Shown one piece after another: positions 19,758-26,840 of a stretch of 32,959 nucleotides of DNA. Origin of the DNA: Candidatus Bathyarchaeota archaeon (GTDB lineage: Archaea; Thermoproteota; Bathyarchaeia; 40CM-2-53-6); assembly GCA_963706285.1 (NCBI GenBank), contig CAVPLU010000015.1, forward strand, positions 1 to 32,959, read 5' to 3'. The notes beneath the pieces are model-generated. The model did no database searches and was not told the DNA's origin. It worked only from the letters and a program-made list of their open reading frames with translations. Position 1 is the stretch's first letter, and each line of letters starts with the position of its first letter. Position numbers and translations under genes: made by a program.

Positions 19758-20228
19758 TTACTTGTCAGTAGACTTGATGCGAAGCCAATAGTCGTTGACT
19801 GCGGTGATCTGTTCTGGAATCTCGGGCCCTCGTCCACGTTTCTTATGAACAAGTTCCAGCGCGTCTCTTGCAGTGAATCCTTTGTATACTAAGTAGCAGG
19901 CCAGTATCACGCCTGATCGGCCGATGCCTGCGTTGCATGATACCCCGACGCGAATTCCAGCTTCGATGCGGGAGTCCATGTACGCGATGATCTTGTCGAT
20001 CTGCGTTTGGGTTGGCCCTTGGAAATCTGGGATGGGCTCGTGATAGTCCTCTAGGCCAGCTTCGTTGATCTGATTAGCTGTCAGCCATGCCTCGTCGGGC
20101 TCAACAAGCCTCACGAGCGCACCTATGCCCTGCTGCTTCAACACGGTGAGATCTGACTTTGAGCGTGGGCCTCTTGAGCCTGCAAGTTTTTTGTCGATCA
20201 CCCAACTGAAGTTCAAACTCATGACCAC
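19758..20228 (-). CDS. Dual-specificity/tyrosine protein phosphatase (CX5R)
   Basis: NFSWV, PIPDF (acid loop), VSCNAGIGRSG...ACYL and PEIPEQ. Confidence 0.92.
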   Translation of the reverse strand: MVMSLNFSWVIDKKLAGSRGPRSKSDLTVLKQQGIGALVRLVEPDEAWLTANQINEAGLEDYHEPIPDFQGPTQTQIDKIIAYMDSRIEAGIRVGVSCNAGIGRSGVILACYLVYKGFTARDALELVHKKRGRGPEIPEQITAVNDYWLRIKSTDK

Positions 20229-20252
20229 CGTCCGCCCACTCTCAGAGATCTG

Positions 20253-21155
20253 TTAAGGAATCGGCTTCATCATCTTGTGTACAAAGTATTCTCCAGCCCG
20301 GTAGGAGCTACGCACTAACGGACCAGACGCGACGTATAGGAACCCCAACTCCTCGGCCACCTCTTGATAATGGCTGAACTGTTCAGGTCTAATGTATGCT
20401 CGCACGGGAAGGTTTCGTGGTGAAGGTCTGAGGTATTGGCCCAACGTTAGAAAATCGGTGCCGACAGCTCGGAGATCATGGAACGTTTGGAGGAGATCAT
20501 CTTCTCGTTCGCCCAATCCGAGCATAAGCGATGACTTCGTGAAAACCTGTCGATCCAACCTTTTCACGTGCTTCAAGACCGCGAGCGATTGATCATAGCT
20601 TGCTCTCGGATCCCTTACCTCCGATGTCAGTGATTTCGTGGTCTCAAGATTGTGACCGATAACATCGGGACCTGCCTGAACGACTGTCTGAATCTGCGCG
20701 AGGGCTCCCCCAAAGTCGGGAATGAGAGCCTCAATCCTCACGTTCGGGGTGAGCTTTCTAACGGCAGTGATCGTCTTGGCGAAATGTGATGCGCCACCGT
20801 CCGGCAAATCGTCACGATCGACCGAAGTCAACACAACGTACTTCAACTCGAGATCCTTCACGGCTCCTGCAACGTTCGCAGGCTCGTCAGGATCCAGGAT
20901 ACCGTTCGGTTTGCCGCTCTTGACGTTGCAGAATCTGCAAGCGCGAGTGCAGAGCTCGCCCATTATCATGAAAGTTGCCGTGCCGCTGCCCCAGCATTCG
21001 CCAACGTTTGGGCAGTGAGCCTCCTCGCAGACCGTGTTCAACGAATACTGTTCCATTATTGTCTGGAGTCGCGCATAGATTGGGCCCTGAGGGGCTTTGG
21101 CCCTTACCCACCTAGGTTTGGTCGATTGGCTCATCATGAAACGCGCGTCATTCAC
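20253..21155 (-). CDS. lipA: Lipoyl synthase
   Basis: CEEAHCPNVGEC auxiliary cluster motif, CTRACRFC radical-SAM motif, TSVDRDDL, GQYLRP and RSSY. Confidence 0.97.
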   Translation of the reverse strand: MNDARFMMSQSTKPRWVRAKAPQGPIYARLQTIMEQYSLNTVCEEAHCPNVGECWGSGTATFMIMGELCTRACRFCNVKSGKPNGILDPDEPANVAGAVKDLELKYVVLTSVDRDDLPDGGASHFAKTITAVRKLTPNVRIEALIPDFGGALAQIQTVVQAGPDVIGHNLETTKSLTSEVRDPRASYDQSLAVLKHVKRLDRQVFTKSSLMLGLGEREDDLLQTFHDLRAVGTDFLTLGQYLRPSPRNLPVRAYIRPEQFSHYQEVAEELGFLYVASGPLVRSSYRAGEYFVHKMMKPIP

Positions 21156-21304
21156 GCGGTCACCGGAACTATAAACGTTCCCAGATCACCAGAGCAATCC
21201 TTGCATCTCGTTCCGCTTCGTGGCTTCTCAGCGACGCCTAATCCAACAAGGTCTCTCTTGGAGGGCTTGAAGAGTGGCGGTCGTGATCTATCTGCGCAGG
21301 CAGG

Positions 21305-21595
21305 TCAGATGACAAATCCAAATGCGGTTGCAAATCTTTCAACCGCCCTGAATTGATTCACGAACTCAATGCCTTTCTGTGTTAGCCTGTAGAATCGGTC
21401 ATCATGGTCATCGACCTCTTCGATTACGCCGAGCGTTTTCAGCTCATCGAGATGCTTCACAAGTCGGTCATAGGAGAGGTTCGCGCCGTAAAGAATACGT
21501 GTAGGTTTCGCGTGATTATCCTCGCGTTGAATGACGTGCATGATGTCAACGTAGATTCTCATCTGTGACCGGTACTTTGGAAGTTTCTGAGTCAT
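21305..21595 (-). CDS. Archaeal winged-helix transcription regulator
   Basis: YRSQMRIYVDIM...PTRILYGANLSY...YRLTQKG; its start overlaps the upstream stop (ATGA). Confidence 0.9.
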   Translation of the reverse strand: MTQKLPKYRSQMRIYVDIMHVIQREDNHAKPTRILYGANLSYDRLVKHLDELKTLGVIEEVDDHDDRFYRLTQKGIEFVNQFRAVERFATAFGFVI

Positions 21596-22269
21596 TGTTG
21601 GCGTGTCACTCGCAGAAGCATCGTGAACAGCGAGACGAAGCCAAGGAGCTGAAGGATGTGTCCGATCACGAATAGTAGCGGGCCGAATGGTTGTAGGATG
21701 AAGAACAGGTGACTTAGTGTGAGAAGCAGGAAGGCGAGGAACACTAGGAACGCGCTTCTGTCTTTCGTTGATGAGTAGTTCATGCCTGTTTGGACAGCGA
21801 TGTAGAGCGCGAGGAAGAGCAAGATGATCTCTGGTATTGGATGATACTCTACCAGAGGTCCGAGTAGTCTAATGCCTTGAGCGGGCGTGGTTTGAAGCGT
21901 CGCCAAGCCGATCAGGGAAGCGAGCGCAACTGTCGTAGACGTTGTGCCTAACGTTCTTGTCTGGGAAACGTACGCATAGATCAACATAGAGTATGCGAGC
22001 AGTTGTGCGAGGAAGTAGATTGAGTATCCAATCCACGTGAGGCTTAACGTTCCTCTAAATGTGCGAGCTAGTATTCCTAGGAACCCTGTCAGTGAATCGA
22101 TCAATAGACCTGCTGATAACACTGCGAAGCTGAAGTGCACGTACCATAGCGTTCTCTGTTTTGTGAGTCTGTATCCTTTCAGAGCCTGATAGGCGATGGC
22201 GAGGGCGATGATGAAAGCCACGAACTCCATTAGGCTGTCGAAGCCGACGAACCAGCGAGGGCCAACCAG
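21592..22269 (-). CDS. Approximately 7-TM membrane protein with an internal 3-TM repeat
   Basis: ORF 21592..22230 extends in frame to LVGPRWFVGFDSLME, starting at CTG 22269 behind GAGGTGG. TM1-3 resemble TM5-7. Confidence 0.75.
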   Translation of the reverse strand: MVGPRWFVGFDSLMEFVAFIIALAIAYQALKGYRLTKQRTLWYVHFSFAVLSAGLLIDSLTGFLGILARTFRGTLSLTWIGYSIYFLAQLLAYSMLIYAYVSQTRTLGTTSTTVALASLIGLATLQTTPAQGIRLLGPLVEYHPIPEIILLFLALYIAVQTGMNYSSTKDRSAFLVFLAFLLLTLSHLFFILQPFGPLLFVIGHILQLLGFVSLFTMLLRVTRQQ

Positions 22270-22366
22270 ATTTTTCCACCTCGTTTCATGCCACGGACTT
22301 GATGGGTTTATTGTACGTTATGGACGATGCGTACATCTCCGTTCCAGCGGTTTAACAGTTGGTCTA

Positions 22367-23537
22367 CTATATTGCGGCTTCCGCTTTGAGTCGTTCAACA
22401 TCGCTCGTTGAGTATCCGAGTTCCTGCAATATCTGGAGAGTGTGCTCGCCGAGCTTGGGAGGAGGAGACCTAACAGATAGCGAATTTCGAGACATCTTAA
22501 TCGGTGTTGCTAGTTGATTCAACTTCCCGAAGGTCTTCGTCTCCATTTCGAAGAGCATCTGTCTTGATTTCACGTGTGGATCGGATGGAACCTCGCTTGC
22601 GTCATAGACTGGGGCGCAAGGTATCCCATGCTCGTTGAGAATCTCGAGCCACTCGTCGCGACTCTTTTGGCGGAACAATGCGGCTAGGTCCTGATGGATT
22701 CGCCGAGCAGTTTCTTCGGCGGCAAGCTGTTGGTCTTCGTATTTCTCCAGTTTCAGGGTTCTGCACAATTCGGTCCAGAACTTCGGCTCAAGCGCCGCTA
22801 TCGAGATGAATCTATGGTCCATGGTTTCGTAGACATTATAGAATGGCGCACCGCCCGAAAGGAGCGATGCTCCTCTCTCCGTTGATGATCCCGCGAAATA
22901 GAAACTCAACGGCAGGATCATTGACGCAACCCCGGCGTCCATGAGTGAAATATCAATAAAGTCACCTTTCCCAGTTTTCTCTCTCTGATGCAATGCCGCC
23001 ATGATCGCGATGGCAGCGTACATTCCACCTTGAATGTCGGAGACTTGGGTGGCAGGAATAACTGGTGGGCCTCCCTTGAGGCCTGTGGCTCCGATTATTC
23101 CACTGTAGGCCGCATAGGTCAGATCGTGGCCGACTAGGTCGCGATACGGCCCGCTCTGCCCGTAACCTGAGATCGAACAATAGATTATGCGTTCGTTCAC
23201 TTTGCTGATGACGGGATAGTCAACGTGGAGTCTCTCTGCCACTCCTGGCTGATGACTCTCAATGAACACGTCAGCTCTTGTTGCGAGCTTGTGCAGTATC
23301 TCCTGCGCTTCAGCGTTCTTGAGATTCAGCGTGATGCTTCGCTTGTTCCGATTGAGCATTAAGAAAGCAGCGCCGGTGTCTGCCGATGAAAGGTGGTGCA
23401 GAACGAGCGTAATCGCCGATTTCCGGCTGTTCGACCTTCACCACATCGGCACCAAGATCACTCAGAATCATCGTGCAAAGCGGACCCGGCATCAGTCTAC
23501 TCAAGTCTAAGACATGTAGGCCATCAAGCGGAGCCAT
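22367..23537 (-). CDS. CoA-transferase family III (CaiB/BaiF, AMACR-like); frameshift near 23382
   Basis: [17 protein letters not shown]...LGADVVKVE (ORF 23310..23555) joins [26 protein letters not shown] and catalytic D in VSDIQGG (ORF 22367..23359). Confidence 0.93.
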
Positions 23538-23634
23538 CGCTAACTCGGGCATCATATGTGATAGCCTGGCAATATTACAATGATTACGGCAGCACTCTGC
23601 AGTGTGGTCTCAACGGAGACATTGGCAGGGAGCT

Positions 23635-23749
23635 TCAGATCCATTCGGTTTTGACAGTTCTTGATTTCTCTGAAATGCTGGTCGTCTGATACGACACGGC
23701 CTGACTTTGTCTCGATCGCAGTCGCAGCCACGATCGTGACGTGTTCCAT
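23635..23749 (-). pseudogene. C-terminal remnant of a PIN-domain (VapC-like) gene
   Basis: IVAATAIETKSGRVVSDDQHFREIK matches the PIN C-terminal pattern IAATA...VS-x-D-x-HF, and a shifted frame ends VKTEWI*. No N-terminal half is visible. Confidence 0.55.
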
Positions 23750-23777
23750 TCCTGAGCTGGTCGAGGAATCTATCTCG

Positions 23778-23939
23778 TTATGGTGTAGGCATGACCGTGA
23801 GTTTGCCTTCTGAAAAATATCCTTTCAAGCCGCATAGTTGGCAGGCGGCGCCGAGTCGGAATCCTGAATCTTCCTCATAGTAGACATTCAAGGAATCTCT
23901 GAAGCATCTTGGGCATCTGTTGCCTGGACTCTTCTCCAT
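23778..23939 (-). CDS. 53-aa zinc-finger microprotein
   Basis: Manual translation MEKSPGNRCPRCFRDSLNVYYEEDSGFRLGAACQLCGLKGYFSEGKLTVMPTP*, with CPxC...CxxCG. Below the ORF-track cutoff. Confidence 0.7.
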   Translation of the reverse strand: MEKSPGNRCPRCFRDSLNVYYEEDSGFRLGAACQLCGLKGYFSEGKLTVMPTP

Positions 23940-23961
23940 CACTATTCAGGAGAGTATTGAA

Positions 23962-23980
23962 GTGGCTTCGATATAGCCAC
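23962..23980. promoter_or_regulatory. 6-7-6 inverted repeat over the probable promoter of the zinc-finger microprotein
   Basis: GTGGCT-tcgatat-AGCCAC, 23-41 nt upstream of ATG 23939; the minus strand reads CTATAT inside it. Confidence 0.3.
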
Positions 23981-24061
23981 GAGACATAGCTGAAACTATT
24001 GACTCCTCATGAATATGCAATTGATTTTAGACTCTTCCGAGTATTTCTGGGGCAACTATGG

Positions 24062-24202
24062 CTGAGGTTTACGCTTGTGCTGAAGGACCCGTTCGGCAAC
24101 AGCATGATTATCTCTCAGAAGGCGAAGAAACGCAGAATAGGCGAAAGAGAGCTCAAAGGGCTCAAGTTCGGCGAGGAAGCAATCGCTACAAGGAAGAGGT
24201 AG
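24062..24202 (+). pseudogene. C-terminal remnant of archaeal ZPR1 zinc-finger protein
   Basis: RFTLVLKDPFGNSMIISQKAKKRRIGERELKGLKFG matches the ZPR1 C-terminus (FTL-xx-x-DP-x-GNS). The upstream frame lacks the CxxC knuckles. Confidence 0.7.
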
Positions 24203-24206
24203 TAGT

Positions 24207-24500
24207 TTGTCGTCACCCGGACCGACGCTGTTTCACATGCTCGAGAAACTCGTCGGCAAACGCGTGCTTGTCGTCGTGGAACGAGACTTCGGATACGAAG
24301 GTGAACTTGTCGTCATCTCACATCATCCACCAGGCATATGGCTTTCAGAAGCCGAAGCCATCATTCTACGCTCGACCGTGGTGAATCCCATCCCACAAGT
24401 AGTAAGCAAAGAGAAGAAGCACGAGCTCTTTCTCCATCTTAATTCCGTGCTAAGAATTGAAGCTGCGTCTGAAAGTGGAAAGACGAGTGAGAGAAAATAG
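24207..24500 (+). CDS. Divergent Sm/Lsm-fold protein
   Basis: LEKLVGKRVLVVVERDFGYEGELV...IWLSEAE resembles the Sm1 motif, and ELFLHLNSVLRIE resembles the Sm2 strands. Confidence 0.6.
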   Translation: MSSPGPTLFHMLEKLVGKRVLVVVERDFGYEGELVVISHHPPGIWLSEAEAIILRSTVVNPIPQVVSKEKKHELFLHLNSVLRIEAASESGKTSERK

Positions 24501-25500
24501 AGTCGGTTGGCTCGGCGGCGTCGTCATAGACACCAACGACGGAAGAATGGTCTTCGATCCGGCCGCAACACGTAGCATGGAACGCGATGCACACATATTC
24601 ATCTCACACGCGCACTCTGACCATACGCTCGGCTTTCAATCAAGCATCATGAAGTATTCCACAAAAGAGACGAAGCGAATCTTCGAGAAGCTTAGAGGAA
24701 AGACCGTCAGAAACTGGCGGCCGGTTGAATACGGACAGAAGATACGCATCGGCGACACGGAGATACTTCCACTAAACGCGGGTCACATGCTCGGCTCAGC
24801 ACAATTCAAAGTCGTCACGAGCGATCACACTTACGTGTACACTGGCGACCTGAACTGCGTCAACACGTTGACAACCGAAGCTGCTGAAGTGCCCAAGTGT
24901 GATACTCTCATCATAGAAGCGACCTATGGAGATCCGAGTTTCATCTTTCCCCGACGCGAAAGAACGTACGCGAGAATTGTCAACTGGGCTCTTCAGGAAG
25001 TGAAGGATGGACACATGCCCACCTTTCACGTCTACTCATCAGGAAAATCGCAGGAGATCGTTAGACTATTCAACGTGTACACGAAGCTCCCGGTCGTCTG
25101 CGCCTCGATCGTCAATCGGGCGAACGAAGCATACAATGAAGCTGGCATCGATTTGTCGTTCGTCGAGGCTGATACAGCAGAAGGCAAGAAGTTGCTTCGC
25201 AAAGGCAATTGCGTCTACGTCACTACAACGAGAACCAACTCATCGGTTCCACACCACGCCTCGGAAGCCATGGCAACGGGCTGGGCTGTCCGTTTCGGTT
25301 CAGGGAGCTACGCATCATTCCCGCTGAGCAGTCACGCCGGCTTTGACCAACTGATCAAGTATGTGGCCAAGACGGATGCAAGACGCGTCTACGTATTCAC
25401 AGGCTATGGCGAACTTATCTCAAAACACTTGAGGAGAGAGTTGAAGGTTGAAGCGGATCCGCTTCCGCTATTTTCGCAGAGAAGTATCCTAGACTACTAG
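24457..25500 (+). CDS. MBL-fold beta-CASP nuclease
   Basis: FISHAHSDH, AGHMLGS, YTGD, EATYG (motif A) and SSHA (motif B); the motif C region reads VFTGY. Confidence 0.88.
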   Translation: MKLRLKVERRVRENRVGWLGGVVIDTNDGRMVFDPAATRSMERDAHIFISHAHSDHTLGFQSSIMKYSTKETKRIFEKLRGKTVRNWRPVEYGQKIRIGDTEILPLNAGHMLGSAQFKVVTSDHTYVYTGDLNCVNTLTTEAAEVPKCDTLIIEATYGDPSFIFPRRERTYARIVNWALQEVKDGHMPTFHVYSSGKSQEIVRLFNVYTKLPVVCASIVNRANEAYNEAGIDLSFVEADTAEGKKLLRKGNCVYVTTTRTNSSVPHHASEAMATGWAVRFGSGSYASFPLSSHAGFDQLIKYVAKTDARRVYVFTGYGELISKHLRRELKVEADPLPLFSQRSILDY

Positions 25501-25517
25501 AGTGCGAATATGGTGCT

Positions 25518-25694
25518 CTACTTGAATGTCATGTAGGTGAAGATACTGACCGCAATCAGGGCGATGGAAAGTATCAAGACGACCTCAGGCCGCACCTTAA
25601 TGCCGGGAGTCTCCTCCTCAAAAAATCTTAGCAGCCCTGCGCTTGCAGCTGGCATTGGTGCTTCGCTCTTGCGCCGTTTTTCTCGTCTGCTCAT
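25518..25694 (-). CDS. secG: Preprotein translocase subunit Sec61beta (archaeal SecG)
   Basis: Manual translation MSRREKRRKSEAPMPAASAGLLRFFEEETPGIKVRPEVVLILSIALIAVSIFTYMTFK*, with the AGLLRFF-EE...IK-x-x-P plus TM signature. Missed by the ORF track (58 aa). Confidence 0.93.
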   Translation of the reverse strand: MSRREKRRKSEAPMPAASAGLLRFFEEETPGIKVRPEVVLILSIALIAVSIFTYMTFK

Positions 25695-25996
25695 GACCTA
25701 AAGCCTAGTGAAGTGAGCGGGTGGGGCGCCCTCTTAAACATTGACGCGGCCAAGCGACTTTTCACGCTAGTAAAGAGACTGTGAGTCAGCGTATCGTGAG
25801 GTGTTAGCGCCTGCTGCATGTTTCCTCCTGCTGCAATGATTACGATTGAGATTAGCAAGTCTAAATCAGGGATGATAGATCCCCAGACGATTCCGAAACG
25901 CATAGTTCGAGTTCCGACTTCTCCCAGGATCGTGCGTCGTCTGGTTGCGAACGCTACATCGATTCCGATCAGACCGCGAAGCCCTGTCCAGACCAT
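25691..25996 (-). pseudogene. Truncated membrane metal-dependent hydrolase (YdjM-like), N-terminal part only
   Basis: GSIIPDLD and PHDTLTHSLF match G-xx-LPD-x-D...HR-xx-THS. Similarity ends right after THSLF, and the first motif His appears as Arg. Confidence 0.6.
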
Positions 25997-26171
25997 TCGC
26001 CTCACAGAGACTACTGGGTCACCTTTTTTATACTGGTCTTGCCTTCTGCGTGATCAGTATACTGGGAGATCTTACTGCGTGGATGACGGGAGGGCCGCGT
26101 GGCTCGTGCCGATTATCGCATGGAGTATTATCTTTCGTATAACTAGAGAATAGGGACGGTGGAATGCGAAT

Positions 26172-26324
26172 ATGGGTTATGAGAATCGACGGTCTGGTCC
26201 CCCGAGGCAAATGACGAAAGTCAAATGCTCCGACTGCGGCGCAGAGACGGAAGTACCGTTTGTGCCTACTGCGGGCAGACCAGTCTACTGTAGAGAGTGC
26301 TACCAGAAGCACCGAAGATACTAG
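26172..26324 (+). CDS. CxxC-x17-CxxC domain microprotein
   Basis: Manual translation MGYENRRSGPPRQMTKVKCSDCGAETEVPFVPTAGRPVYCRECYQKHRRY*. Confidence 0.92.
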   Translation: MGYENRRSGPPRQMTKVKCSDCGAETEVPFVPTAGRPVYCRECYQKHRRY

Positions 26325-26373
26325 GCTAATCGCCTAGCGTCAAGACTACCCGAATTTCTTCATTTTCTTTCTT
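26321..26373 (+). terminator. Hairpin plus T-rich tract after the CxxC-x17-CxxC gene
   Basis: CTAGGC-taatc-GCCTAG followed by tttcttcattttctttctt. Confidence 0.45.
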
Positions 26374-26496
26374 ATGAAACAGGTATCCTGTCAAGGATGC
26401 CATTCCGACCCATCTCGATCCAGTGGGTACTCTGACTTACGGACAAAAGCCTCAATATAGCTGAAGCAACCATTATCTCCGTCAGACAGGAGAGAC

Positions 26497-26741
26497 TTGC
26501 GATCCCCCGTTACAAGAGACCAGGCATAGGCGAAGAAGAAGTCAAGGAAAGAGTCCTCAAGATGATTCGAAAAATCTCTCCTCACGGATATGGGATAGAG
26601 TTTCGTAAGATACGCCAAGTCGGCGACTTCTGGGAGGCAGAGGGAGTCTACCGCTCAGAAGGAAAGGAATCCCCTTCCCGCTTCACAATCAGGCTCAACT
26701 CGCAAGGAGCCGTCAAATTCAAAGACATAGAGCCACCTTAA
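26497..26741 (+). CDS. Hypothetical ~80-aa protein, PepSY-like helix plus beta-meander pattern
   Basis: Open frame PRYKRPGIGEEEVKERVLKMIRKISPHGYGIEFRKIRQVGDFWEAEGVYRSEGKESPSRFTIRLNSQGAVKFKDIEPP*. TTG 26497 behind CAGGAG becomes in frame if the C-run at 26504-26508 has one more C. Confidence 0.5.
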
Positions 26742-26840
26742 ACAACCATCTTTGCCATACCGCAAGACCAAGCAGAAGTCTCTTGTCACACACGCTTGTG
26801 ACTCACCATACTTAATCTACTAGTACCATCCGCTTGATGT

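Noticed and set aside
26786-26803. GTCACA-N6-TGTGAC inverted repeat upstream of the protease
   Set aside because: A single 6-bp arm pair can arise by chance, and I found no second copy.
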